Shown in pieces: positions 39,466-53,024 of a DNA stretch of 64,000 nt. The DNA is taken from contig NC_042997.1 of the NCBI RefSeq assembly GCF_006345805.1, positions 62,558,001 to 62,622,000 of the forward strand, read 5' to 3'. This DNA comes from Octopus sinensis. Taxonomy: Eukaryota. Every line of letters begins with the position of its first letter. The stretch's first letter is position 1. A program made the position numbers and the translations under genes. Under the pieces are notes generated by a model. The model saw nothing but the letters and a program-made list of their open reading frames with translations. It ran no database searches and was not told where the DNA came from.

Positions 39466-41079
39466 AACACCTTGACCTCCTACCCTTTACCAATACCCTC
39501 AGCTTTCTTTCTCCTACCATGATGATGTCCACAATATTATCCAGGGTATCTGGGGCAGCCTGGATATCCAGTTTCTCACCATATCCAGTTTCTCATGGCC
39601 TGGAAGATTGTCACAAGGTAAGAGGATTGTTTCATCTGATGATACTGAGGCCACAGAGTATTGCTTGGCCTTCTTCTCTGTGGAAAAACGCACCTCCACG
39701 GTGGAAAATTTAGCGCACCTGGCCAGGTATATTATATCCGATCAGATGGATGCCAAATACTTCTCAATTTCTTTCCTCTCTCCTACGTTAATGGATTTTT
39801 CCTTTGTGTTGAACGTTTTAAATATCACTGTTTTTTTCCTCTACGTTCTGAGCCACTTCGCCGAGGGGGGTTAATCTTATTTCATGTCCCTCCCTTAGCA
39901 ACATATTTCCATACCTTTTCAAATCCTTCATTTCGATTTTTAACACTTTTCTTTTCATTTCGGTTACATCCGCAAAACTCTTCTTTTCCTTTGCTTCTCT
40001 CTTCCTCAATCCCTCCTCCATACTATTTACGCACTTCCTAGCTCACCCTCCGACCAATCCATTTTCGGAAGAGCTAATTTCGTCACAGCTCGTTTTTCAA
40101 TCACACGCTTCCTCCCCACTCCCCAAGCAAGGGGGCACGTCGACAACAGTCCCTCTCGCGCGGAAGAAACAAGGTGTTCAAACACACGTAAAACAAGAAC
40201 CTATGAATCCTATCAAACCCTAAATAACTACGTCCTACTCCAAAAAAAGTGAGGGGAACGAATGGACAAATTTCGAATACCAGGAACGCAGTTCAAATTG
40301 ATTTTTATACCCATAACCTATACGAGATGCACGTGCATTTCGATTTTCATGACAGTTGCTTGCGACTGCCACCCACGGCATTCAACGCGGCTGCGTTTTG
40401 GAGTCTTGTTTCAAGGTAAGTTGAAAGGTTACTGCAATTTGGGTCTTAGCCATAAACCGGCATGCCTTGGAATGTTGATTTCAAATTTTAACATAAGGCC
40501 AGAAATAGGGAGGAGGTAAGTAGATTACATCGACCCTAGTACTCGACCCTGAAAGGATGACAGGCAAACTCGTCTTCGGTGGAATTTGAACTCAGAAAGC
40601 AAAGATAAACGGAATGCCGCTAAGCATTTTGTCCGGCGTGCTAAGGATTCTGCCAGCTTGCAGTCTTTATTAGTGAGCATATATTAATTAATCAAAATAA
40701 GATAATGAAAGAAATTACCAATAGATTTCATTTATGAGAAGCAGAGTTATTTCCCTTGAAATATTTCACTCCTACGAATTACCCGAATCTAAGTATAAGA
40801 AGTGTTGTGGAATCATTTCAACCATTCATTAAAAGATATTTATCTTTATCACGAAATTGCTGTAATGTCGTTTTATTTGTCAATATGATATTGACGCTAC
40901 GTGGACAAAAATAATAGCAGACTTGATAAAGAAGAAAAGAGAAAGCTATGCGACTACCTGCAAAACCTTGCGGAGCCTGTGTGATAAGAAGTTCGCTTTT
41001 CAGCCACGTAGTGTTTTCTATTATAATCTTGACATCTTTGTCACCAACTCCTTTACGTTCGGTCGTTTTGCTACATATA

Positions 41080-41131
<52 letters not shown>

Positions 41132-43187
41132 GTAGATTGTATCCTGCTGTGTCCCTTTGTAGTTTCCATTACAGCTGTCCGTGTCATGTCTTCTAACCTT
41201 TACAGTTTTCACGCACCATTGAGCAGTCGTGTTGTCGGCATTTTAATCACTTGATAACTGGAGTTGGTTTGTTTATGTCCCTGTAACTTAGTGATTCCAC
41301 AAAAGAAAACGATAGAATAAGTACCAGACGATTCCCCACTCAACTAAATCCTTCAAGTTTGTTCCCCAGCATGGATGTAATCAAGTAACAGAAACAGCTA
41401 AAAAAAAAGTTACTAAACATTCATTTTAAGGTAGCAAAAAGTTACGTCCCTTACCTATGTGCATATTTTGCTTTGTACTGATTTTACAGATCGAAAAAAA
41501 GAACATATTTCCCTTTTATTCTGGCTAGATATGATGAAGTTCAACGAAATAGAAATGTGGCTTAGCATTAAGACTAGTAATTTTAGCGGGAGGAGTAAGC
41601 GAAAGCAAATTCTACCTTAACGCACTTTGAACTCAGAACGTAAGGAGCCAAACGAAATTCCACAAAACGATTTTTCCTTCTTTAATTTTTTTTTCCAGTA
41701 CATTAACGATTCCACCAGCTCATTACCTTCAATAATAGATGCTAATGAACCCATCCTGCGTATATTCCCACCAGATAAAATGTGCTTGAAATTCCAAGGG
41801 GAATAACTCTCCAAGGGGAATAACTTTCTGGTACTGTAAAGCTCTAAGCATTTTAATCTGAAGAAAAGTTTCATTCTGAAAGTTAATGTAGGAGGTTCTT
41901 TGAGGTTATTGATTTTGATGCGGACGATGCACAGATTAAACTTACAAATAGTTGTTGCTGTAGCTATTTAACCCCATGTCAGCTCTCATCGAGTATACCG
42001 ATGCACAAACTGCAATCATCTTTTGACATATTTACGGACTATTATTTATAGCTTATCTGCTTCAACGTTCCAAAAATAAATTAATTTACCGTCATCAATA
42101 TTTTTGAGGTATAGCATATCCAGAACTCCATTTTCCTGGGTAGTCAAGTTTTATATTTTTATGACAGCTGAAAAAGATTTTTTGATCAATTTACTGTTTG
42201 ATATTCTTAACGAAAAGGTGTATAGGAATGAAGTTCCACAGAGTTATACAATTGAAGAGATTAGATTTGAGTGAAGTGCTTTGTTCAATATAATTTCGGG
42301 ATCTTTTCATTGGCAGACCGCTGCTGGTATTCAATCAAGACAGATTGCAACTCTCTTCCCCATCTTTAACAATTTACGGTGCACCAATATCTTCGTTTTT
42401 CACATTTCCAGATACCTAATGGCTAAGCCACGCAGTAAGGGATATTCCTACTCACTATTCTGATAACCAATGAATCTGTGGCAATTCATGTGTGATGAAT
42501 GCATAATTTACTGTCAATAATATCTATTGTTGAACGTTTACAAGTTTGCTTTTGTTATATTTCATGCAGCCAGCATGATCTCACATTCAGTTAAAAAGGA
42601 TACAGCATCAATTTTTCTCGCGACGAACCATGCGATCGTGGTCTTCAGCAAACAAAAGATACTAGCTCACGGCACGTTCATTCTAGAAGCATGTTTCAAC
42701 ATGTAATATGACTTCGGGTAACATAGGTAAGAGGAAGACGTTAAGAAATAAAGTTACGGGCAAATGAATTGTATCTTCATCATTTGCACAATAGAGTAGA
42801 ATTTAGTAGAAGCTGCATTATCTCTAACAAAAGGGATAGTCATCTAGAAAAGTAAACAAACCGAGTTGTCATTGTAGATATGTAGCCCTGCTGGACGTTG
42901 GGTAATTAACGCGGTGTTTCGGTATTTCCGAGTCAGTTTGCAGAGAATTACTTTCTATTTTGTATCTTTACTAATAAATGGATATTTGGTGAGAACATTT
43001 CTCGTTGTCAATGAAATGTTCAGTCCCTTAGTAAATGAAATAAACTGAGCCAAATTCCCATTGCATTCCTAAATATTATTACCAACAATAACATCGTTGT
43101 GATACGTTTTTATATCTTTGATATGACTGTCAGAAATTATGCTATCCATCACAGTTTCAAAAGCATTTACCATATTATCCCCTAAAG

Positions 43188-45300
43188 CAGTGATTCCCAA
43201 CCTTTTTCAGCCCAGGGACCATTTTTTACTTGAAAAAATTTCTAGGAACCACTTCTACTTTTACTTTATACTGTTCTATTTTCACACTAAATTACTTAAT
43301 GAAAAGGCAAAATAGTCTATTTACACTTTTAAATTTATTTTAGCAAACAAAAGATAAAATTTAAAATTTATTTTAGTGAACAAAGATAAACACAAGATAT
43401 CAAAATCATTTTTCATGAAGTCGTTCATTTTGGGGCTAGTGACTAGCTTGATATTGGTGTTTCTGACACAAGATATCATAATCGATTTTAATGAACTCAT
43501 TTAGTCTTAGTCTGATAGTTCCTCTGCTGTTGACATCTAATTTATTTCCTTTTCTACATAAAAATATCTGCAACAGCTGAAAATGCAGATTACATCATCC
43601 ATGTGGTAGGGAAAGAAATAATGCTTGCATGTGGTAGGGAAAGAAATGATGCATGTCGAAAAATATTTGGGTGTGATTCCTTTATCAATATGTAGGTAAA
43701 GACACCTTCTTTTTCAACTCTTCTTCTCAGTTTCATATTCTCTTTCAAATCCAACAACATTTCAGCCAACTCAAAATTTTCATCTCCTGGCTCATGATTT
43801 TCTTGGTCTACAAACCAGAGTGGATAGTCCATCTTTTATAAATCACTGTATCTTTTTTCAAAGATCTTTCTGCATGAAGACCTTCAAGAGGAGCAGTGCA
43901 TGCAGCAATGCATTCTGATGTAGAAACAGTGGTGTTAAAATTTTGAAATGATGCCAAATTTTTTTTTTTAAACTGTTTTTCCCAAAATTTTAATTTCCCC
44001 ATATATATTTCCCTTTTATCTTCTGAGAGCAGGTGACCAAATCTGGTTTGCTACCTTGCAGCTCTAAGTTAAGCAAATTCACTGTTTTAAAAATATCACT
44101 CAAGTAGAATATTTTTTGATTTAAACTCAGAAAGCCTTTCCTAAATTTTCTTAGCAGTATCAACTTTTTTCTTTGAGTTGTAATGAGTCATCTGACTCTT
44201 GAACATGAGAAAGTTGATTAATGGTTCCCACAAATTCGCTAGTCTTTCAAGGCTCAGGCCTTTTGACGACCATCTTCTGTGAGAAGCAATAGGGATTTAA
44301 AATCTTCATCTTCACAGAATTGCATAAAAAAATCTATTATTCACTGAGTTTGATTTGACAAAGTTAATTGCATGTATGGCAGCGTTGAGTGCTTCTTCCA
44401 TGTGTCCTCCAATATTCTTAGCAACTAAATGCTGTGTGTGGATAATGCAATGTATATAAAAAATGTGAGGAACAACTAATTTCATTCTAGAAACAAAGCC
44501 TTTCACTTTTCCAGTCATGGCTGCAACTCCATCTGATGCAATGTTGATCAAATTAGTCAATGGAATATTTTTATCATTAAAATACTGCATTACTTCATTG
44601 AATATATCTTCTCCATAAGTAGTTTCAGACAAACTTTTAATGAATAACATTTCTTCCCTTATATCATTTTCATGGATGAATCTGACATAGACCAGAAGGA
44701 TAGCTTGGTTATGAATTGTGCTATCATCAACCTGAATAGAAAAATTTGTCTTTTGGAGAATTTCTACAATCTTCTCCTCAACAAAATTAGACATTTCATC
44801 CTGTCTTCTTGTAATTGTGTTATTTGAAGGTGGAATTGTACTCAGAGTAAATGTAGTATCTTTTCTCAGAACCTCATTTACACAAGCTATCATAGCAGGC
44901 TTGGTACGTTTCTCACCATAAATCTGAGGTGCTGCAACCTTGGCAATAATTTCAGAGACCAAATAACTTGGTTTGAGTGTCTTTACTTTTTCAATATTTA
45001 TCTTCTTTACAATGTCGGGTAGTTTGATTGATTGTATTTTCTTTTTATTCTCAAAATATTCCCTATCTTTACCAACAGATTTTGGATGCTTTAATTTCTG
45101 GTGTTGTTCCAGCTTAACTTTCTTCATGGAATGATTTGTCATGATGGCATCACATTCAAGACACAAGTTTTGAGTCTACAGATGCAAAACCAAACATGAT
45201 AAAATCTTCTTAGTAGTTCCTCAGTTTTGCCTTTTTAGCCGTTGATTCAGACATTATTACAACTGATCTTAAAAAATAAAAATAATAAATACTTTATTTC
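43188..45300 (-). mobile_element. hAT (Buster/ZBED8-like) transposon, decayed
   Basis: TIR CAGTGATTCCCAACCTTTTT after CCCTAAAG; ORF 44312-45166 with BED finger (CLEC...HQKLKH), FSIQVDDST, ASDGVAAMTG, HCIIH; WSSKGLSLER downstream. Second TIR not found. Confidence 0.9.
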
Positions 45301-46056
45301 TATAAATTAAAAGTATCAAATTTATTATTAAACAATACCCTCCCTTTTCAGTATTATTTTTTCTTCATAATTAATTATAGGTTAATTAAAAGATTAATTA
45401 ATATATTACTTATTTTATACTTTTAATAACTACCCATAATATATCATATTACTTAAATTCTTATAATTACATTCACAATTACTTTTATTTGATACTTAAA
45501 TATACTTTATATAGATATATACTTTATTACTATATTTTATTCTTTATTTTCATTTTTACAATAACTTCTCTAAACATACTACCTTCCACACTCCTTGTAA
45601 GGTTTATACCATGCTCTTTCTATAAAACATTAATTAGTTAAAGGACACACTCCTTACACTCAACACACAAAAATATGAAAATGTAATGTTATATCTTTTT
45701 CTGTCTCCAACGAGATTCAACTTTATGATATTTTTAATTATACTAATTAATTTCTAAAGTTTTGAATCGAAACAGCTGTCAGAGATGATGTCTATTTTAG
45801 TAATTAACAAATAATTATTAATTTAATTATCTCTATTTTATCATTTTCTTAAATATATATAAACTCCGGTTCATCTAATTACCTTACAGTTGAATATTAA
45901 ATATAATATTCAAAACTTATAATAGGTAATAAACCAGTAGATTCATTGAATTTTATTATCACTTACAGAGGTATTGAACTTTAATTCAGCTTTCATATAT
46001 ATATATATATATTTACATACATACATGTGTGTGTGTGTATGTATATAATCATCATC

Positions 46057-46084
<28 letters not shown>

Positions 46085-46088
<4 letters not shown>

Positions 46089-46410
46089 TATCCTTTAATG
46101 TCCATTCTCCAAGCTTGCATGGGTTGGACAGTTTGATAGGAGTTGGCCAGCACAAGAGCTACTTTGGCTCCATCTGTCTCTTTTGGCATGGTTCTACAGC
46201 TGGATACCCTTCCTAATGGCAACCACTTTACAGAGTGTATGCGGTGCTTTTATATGGCACCAGCACATATATTTTTACATGGTACCGTCACCCACAAGCC
46301 CATATCATCATCATCGTTTAATGTCTGCTTTCCATGCTTGTATGGGTTGAACAGTTTGACTGAGGACTGGCAATCCAGCAAGCTGTACCAGGCTCCAATC
46401 TGATCTGGCA
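46085..46410 (-). mobile_element. Short RTE-tail-like repeats ending in (TGA)n, two copies
   Basis: CATCATCAT...TTTAATGTC..TTCC...GCATGGGTTGGAC; related copies at ~54965-55033, 56000-56255, 60020-60197 and 60410-60572 (+). Confidence 0.6.
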
Positions 46411-46769
46411 AGGTTTCTACACACACACACATATATGGGAATTTTGACTGGCATCTGTATAGTCCAAATATATAATCTAAATAAGAAGATAAAGAAAGAC
46501 TTTAACACATCTTTAATGACCATTTACAACTGTTTCTGTACTAAATATACTTTCAATGCTAGTTCATGCAAAAGTTCCAAGGGAAAATTTACCTAATATT
46601 TGCAGTTTTAGACATTACAGAGTCACATATTCAGGCCTGTATCAAAAGTATGCTCTTATGTTGTGCATCTGCCTGGTTTTTGCTTTGTTTACATCAGGAG
46701 GAAACAAGAAGTAAATAAAGATGTATATATGTCTGTGTATGAATGTTTATATATGTGTGTCTATTTTTT

Positions 46770-47155
46770 CCCTAAAGAAAGCTGACCAGAAGAGAATTAA
46801 TGCATTCAAGCTTTGATGTTGGAGAAGACTTTTGCGGATTCCATGGACAGCAAGGCTCATCAAAGGAGAAGTTCTTAAGCAGATAAGGCCGAAAATGTCA
46901 CTAGAAGCTAGGATCACCAAGCATAGAATGGCATATTTCGGTCATATTATGCGGAGAAAATCCCTGGAGAAGGACATCATGCTCGGAATGGTCAGTGGCA
47001 AGAGAGGAAGAGGCCGACCAAGAACCCGCTGGCTTGACACCATCAAGGGTGATACCAGAATGGACATAGCCAATCTGAAAGAAGCGGCCCAGGATAGAAC
47101 TGACTGGAGGACACTGATCCATTGAGTGACTGAGAGTCGACTTCGACTGAGCGGA
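46770..47155 (+). mobile_element. BovB-like RTE LINE 3' end
   Basis: CWRRLLRIPWTAR...YFGHIMRR.SLEKDIMLG...GKRGRGRPRTRWLD...WRTLIH*VTESRLRLS. Confidence 0.9.
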
Positions 47156-47397
47156 TATATATATATATATATATATAAAGCTTTATTTTACTTGTTTCAG
47201 TCATTTGTCTGCATCCATGCTGGGGTATCGCCTTGAAGTATTTCTAATTGAATGAATTGACCAGTACCTTGGTACTTATTTTATCAATCTTTTTTTGCTG
47301 AACTGCTAAGTTACAGGAATGCAAATACACCAACACTGGTTGTCAAGTTGTGGTGGGGGACAAACACAGACACAAAGGTGCACACATAGATATATAT

Positions 47398-47428
<31 letters not shown>

Positions 47429-47589
47429 CAATAGGCTTCTTTCAGTTTCCATCTACAAAATCTACCCACAAAGCCCTGGTCAGCCCAAAACTGAAGCAAA
47501 GAATACTTGTCTAAGGTGCCACACAGTGGGACCAAACCTGGAACCATGCAGCTGGGAAGCAAACTTCTAATCACGCAGTCGCACCTGTG

Positions 47590-47635
<46 letters not shown>

Positions 47636-47724
47636 CTGAATAACTCCAAATCCTGAATTTCTGGCTCTGCATAAGAAATGCTCTGCCTTCATCAGTGGAA
47701 TATACTGAGATAGCACATAAATAC

Positions 47725-47762
<38 letters not shown>

Positions 47763-47907
47763 CATACGAATACTTACATATACGAACGTATATATGCACG
47801 TATGCACACGACCAGTTTAAATTGCCTGCCTAAAACTCGTCATGCAATATGGTCAAAATACCACCGCAGTGCATATAATGACAAAATAAATATATATATA
47901 TATATAC

Positions 47908-48185
47908 TCAAAGTAAGCAACAAGAATGACTCCGGTAATCTGGTACGATCGTTTCGCACTACATCATTTTATTAAATGTTGTAAGTATTACAACAGTTTT
48001 AAAATGCTGAGCACTCATCAGCCATATCAAAATATGAAAGTTATGTATTAATGGAAAACCTCTATCAATGGCTGATGAGTGCTCAGCATTTTAAAACTGT
48101 TGTAATACTTACAACATTTAATAAAATGATGTAGTGTGAAATGATCGTACCAAATTACCGGAGTTATTCTTGTTGGTTACTTTGA
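47908..48185. repeat. Inverted repeat (118-bp arms), each arm containing a hammerhead motif
   Basis: 47908-48025 pairs with 48068-48185; minus copy TGG-CTGATGA...GAAA-CGATCG-TA-CCA, plus copy has GAAATGATCGTA. Confidence 0.9.
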
Positions 48186-48630
48186 TTATAATCACCCCAT
48201 GGATTTTTATGGATAACACCATGGTGCATCTAACTTAAGTACCATATTCATTTGAATCTAAATTTTGCTGAACTTATATATATATATATATACTAGCAGA
48301 GATGCCCAGCATTTCTCAGGATTAAAATTATATTGTTTTACTTGCTTCAGTCATGCGACTGTGGCCATACTGGAGCACCACCTTTAGTCAAAGAAATCGA
48401 CCCCAAGATTTATTCTTTGTAAGCCTAGTAGTTATTCTGTCAGTGTGTTTTGCCAAATGGCTATCATGGGGATGTAAACACAGCAACATTGGTTGTCAAG
48501 TGATCTCAGGGCTACAAACACAGATGCACACACACACACAAAAAAAATATACACATAAATAAGACAGACTGCTTTCACTTTCCGTGTACTAAATCCACTC
48601 ACAATGCTATGGTGGCCTGAGGCTATAGTA

Positions 48631-48673
<43 letters not shown>

Positions 48674-48695
48674 TCTCCTTGTTTTTTCTGTGTAC

Positions 48696-48731
48696 CTTTC
48701 TGTAGAAGAGCGTAGGCTCGAAACGTAAAAG
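48696..48731 (+). ncRNA. Minimal hammerhead-like motif with CUGUAGA core
   Basis: CTTT-CTGTAGA-A-GAGC-gtag-GCTC-GAAA-CG-TA-AAAG; a more decayed inverted copy lies at 54769-54803. Confidence 0.5.
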
Positions 48732-49081
48732 ACTTTTTCTATTCCTGAGCGCTATACTAATACATCTGTTTGTTTTGTACACCATCTGTCTTTGTCTTTT
48801 GTTTTTTTCGTAAACTTTCCCTATATATATATATATATATTATATATATATATGTATATATCTTTCTCTTTTCTCTCTTTTACTTGTTTCAGTCATTTGA
48901 ATGCAGCCATGCTGGAGCACCGCCTTTAGTCAAGCTAATCAACCCAATGACTTATTCTTTGGAAGCCTAGTACTTATTCTATCAGTCTCTTTTGTCGAAC
49001 CGCTAAGTTACAGGGACATAAACATACCATCATCGGTTGTCAAACGATGTTGGGGGGACAAACACAGACACACAAACATAT

Positions 49082-49112
<31 letters not shown>

Positions 49113-49635
49113 ATATACACGACAGGCTTCTTTCAGTTTCTGTCTACCAAATCCACTCACAAGGCTTTGGTCCGCCTGAGGCTATAGTAGAAGACACTTG
49201 CCCAAGGTACCACACAGTGGGAATGAACCCGGAACCATGTGGCTGGTAAGCAAGCTACTTACCACACAGCCACTCCTGTGTCTATATATATATATATATA
49301 TATATACATACATAAGTTAGCGGTTATAGTATAAATAAAAATATCCGTATTTACTATTGCTATCAGTTACCTGTGCTATTCCTGGGCATGGATATGCAGG
49401 CACACTATGCTCATGGCATACAGGTAATAACAGAATAACCAAAAGTTTATCAAATTTAAATAATCAGAAAATGGAGAAAACTTTTGATCAACAAACAAAC
49501 AAATTGGACCACATCTGTAGATTATTTTTTAATACAAAACATGACATAACATTTCTTGCGGCCGTTTCTGTTTTCGGCATTGGAATTTCAAAAATAATAT
49601 ATATATATATATATATGTATATATTTTATATTTTT

Positions 49636-49811
49636 TTATATTATATTGAGGGTACTACTATTCGTAGATACCAACACGCTAAGAGGGACCAATGTGGTCA
49701 AAACTACTAAAAATAAACAAAATTTTACCGAAATTTTTAGTAGTTTTGACCGCATTGGTCCCTCTTAGCGTGTTGGTATCTACGAATAGTAGTACCCTCA
49801 ATATAATATAA
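49636..49811. repeat. Near-perfect inverted repeat, 79-bp arms, 18-nt spacer (MITE/foldback-like)
   Basis: 49636-49714 versus 49733-49811, one mismatch seen. Confidence 0.9.
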
Positions 49812-50383
49812 ATGAATATTTTCAAAGAGGAAGAATTTACGGATTTTTTCTCTTACGAGGTTTTTCAAGCTGACTACTGATAATTTCTTTTAAAGATTTT
49901 ATCCTCAATTGTTAATTTAAAAAAAAATATATATGTATATATATACATGTATATATATACATATATATACACACACTTATATGTATATATACATATACAT
50001 GTATATATGTATATATATATATATATTCTTTGACACTATATGCTTACATACTTTACTTTATCTTAAAGTCCTTCCTTAACTTCTCCCCTCACTCTATCTA
50101 CCTCTCTTTACTTTTCTTTCTTTTTACCACTTTATAGCCACCTCCTCTACCCTTCTGATATTGAACGTTGATATGTTCGCGTCTTTTTCCTGGATGTTTA
50201 CAATATCAGGACTTCAACCCACAGGATTATACCTAAGGACTTATTTCTACAACATCGGAAAGTTGAACTGTGAACTTTTATGCTTTTTTCCTTTCATCTC
50301 CTTATTCCTTTACTCCTGTCTTCTATGTTGTCATTTCATTAATCTATACCCTTCTCATTTTCCCTATTTGTCTCTGATGACGG

Positions 50384-50654
50384 TGTAGTGTGATGGATGA
50401 TGAGGACAACAGAAGGAGAAGGAGAAGAAATACAAAAGGCCTTACCTCGGCGAAGATCAGGTCTCTTACCAATTCGACACGTCCTGTCGCTTCCTCGTCT
50501 ATGCTCGAACTGCTCGCTTCCTCGATTGCCACAAGGGCGTCCCGCTTGACCGCTTCCACTCCACCCCCCGCACATACGCCATCCAGTCTTCCACCGGCCC
50601 CTGCAAGCCCTACTTCCGCCCACCTCATCTGTTGTCCTCTCCACCGACACCACA
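50384..50654 (-). repeat. 3' LTR of Gypsy element 2
   Basis: Direct repeat of 54248-54519, about 20 substitutions and 3 indels by hand count; preceded on minus by GGGGGGGGCG. Confidence 0.95.
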
Positions 50655-50983
50655 CGCCCCCCCCTGATCTACAGATCACTGAACTGGCTTTCTCACTCAC
50701 TCCCCACTCCCGAACTCACACCTTAATTGGTTTCATAATCAGCCAACAAGGGAGGAGGGTGCCGTTCCCTCTGTGGTCACAGTGCAACCCTAGGACTGGT
50801 TCTTGGCATGTTGCTGCTGGCCTCATCATCCTATCTACTGATGTTGTTTTCATCTTGCCCACTGCTGCTGATCCCATCCTCTGAGGCATGGACAATCCTT
50901 TGTACATCCAAAACGTGGCATGGCATACCATCGACCGAGATGTTGTTCTTTAAATTTACAGAGGTTATTGTCCCCTTCCCCCA

Positions 50984-52939
50984 TCATGATGTACACTGTG
51001 CGTTTGGAGGTTTTACCCAAACTTCTTCCCCGACCTGCACAAAGGCATGCTCTTCCTCTGTCCCGGGTCGCATTGATGCAGTACACGGATGCCTGAATAT
51101 TGCCCTGTGTGGCACCGACTCCTCAGCCTCGATTGGTGAAATTTGACCCCACTCTGCCATGGCCTTGATGGTATGATGATGCCTTTCCACCACCCCATTT
51201 CCACTTGGCTGGTATGCCGCCCTGAAGAAGCGGTTGACCTTCCACCCATCAAGCATTTCTTTCAGCACATCCGAGCGAAATACAGTGCCATTATCCAGAA
51301 GCAGTTCATCCACGGGGCCTCGTTCCAGGAATGTCTCATTCAATACTTTCACAATTTCCTCTGTGGTCCCCATCTTCATCTCCCTCCATATGGCCAACCG
51401 CCCCAGTCTGCAGTCAACCATTGAGAGGTACGTCCCCTGCCGGTAGTGTGTTATGTCCACCACCAGTCGTTTCCAGTCGTGGTCCACTGGAATACTTCCC
51501 GCCTCATGTACGCCCGGAGCAGGGTCGATGGACTGGCACCTGTCACAACTGCTAACCACTCTCTGCACGCTCCGTCTTGTTACATCGGAGTCAACTTTTC
51601 TGGCTAGGAACAATATCCTGTCCACACCCATGTGATGCATGGTATGCAGTCTCCGCAACTCCGAGTTGCACAGACGGCATACTGCAGCTACAGCCTGCTT
51701 CACATCCTCTGGCACCTGCAACCAGGCTCGCTTTACCCTGGTCAGGACGTCTGCCCTGTTCTTCTCGGAAGGCACAAAGATCACGCTCAGCTTCAGATTG
51801 AACTCAGTGGTTAGTTCACGCAGTATCCCCAATCAATGCTTTACCAGCATCTCTGCAACCCCTTTGGTTCGCACCCTCCGCTCATTGGTGATGACTGCTG
51901 TCACCCAACCAAGTACAGTGGCCGAATCAGTCCTGATTTCTATGGTGTGCAACCCCCACTTCAAGGCTAGGTTCACCCCCTTCAACACGGCATCCAACTC
52001 CGCCACATTGATATGATTGCAGTCATCCGTCTTCCTGAGCCAGGCTGCATCTTCCACCATGACACCTCCCACTTCTAAGACAACCCCTATCGCGATGCTA
52101 CTGGCATCACACCATACAATCCCGCTCTTTGATTTGGGAACATACCAACTGCCCCTCACTGGGTTCTCTGCTCCTACTCTGACCAAGACTTCCTGTATCA
52201 TGTCGATCGTCTTCTCCCACACTCTATCGTTCCACTTCACTCCTTCGGCTCGTCTCTTGATGAAGCTACATGCTGTCTGGAGCCATCCTGCAATCAAGTA
52301 GTGTCCCACCAGCTTCCCACACACAGAGAACAGTTCCCATCTACTCATGCTGGCACCCAGTTCAGGGACCTCATTCCCTCGCCGGAACACCAACACGCCG
52401 GCCTTGTCTCTCCATAGTTTGAGGCCCAGTGCAGCACCTCTCTCCATTGCCTCTGGTGGCTTGGCGATCAGTCCAAAACTCTTCAGGTGGCCTATGACCT
52501 CCGTTGCTGGCATTACGGTTTCATCCACCAGAATGTCATCGATGTACGAATTGGTGGCCCTTTTTACTCTGTCCACCTTTCCCAGGATAGCCTTGAGAAT
52601 TGTTGCCATAATCTTTGGCGCTGAATTCAGCCTGAACCCCAACCTGGTCAGACAGTACGTCCGGCCCTTATACCTGACAAGCTGGTACTTCCACAATTTC
52701 TCAGCCACATGCACCTGTAGGTATGCCGACTTCAAATCAACAATCATGGAGGCCCCTGTCATCTGCCTCCACTCTTGCAAGGTGTCTCTGCAGACATCTG
52801 TGGCCTCGCTGCCTGTATGACATGATACGTGGTCATTCAGCTCTCGGAAGTCAAGCACTGGCCTGACCTTATGCTTTGTGGGCTGTATCACTGCTATCAG
52901 TGGCAGGACTCCGCTCTCTTCTTTTTCCCAAGGGATCAA
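50984..52939 (-). pseudogene. pol: Gypsy pol: RT, RNase H and integrase, one in-frame stop
   Basis: VRPVLDFRELN, VDLKSAYLQ, YIDDIL, CDASSIAIG, HINVAEL, TDSATV (51833-52939); HH..CC, DITH, LLDNGTVF, GNGVVERHH (50984-51832); same frame across TGA 51833-51835. Confidence 0.92.
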
Positions 52940-53024
52940 TATGCCCTCCTTAATCCACCGCTACACCTCCCCCTCGAACTCACTTCTGGCATCTCCTTTT
53001 AGAGTATGCTGATAGCAGCCCACT

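Noticed and set aside
39470-40260. Possible LINE ORF1 and 5' UTR fragment on minus
   Set aside because: Only vague resemblance, no diagnostic motif; not enough to call.
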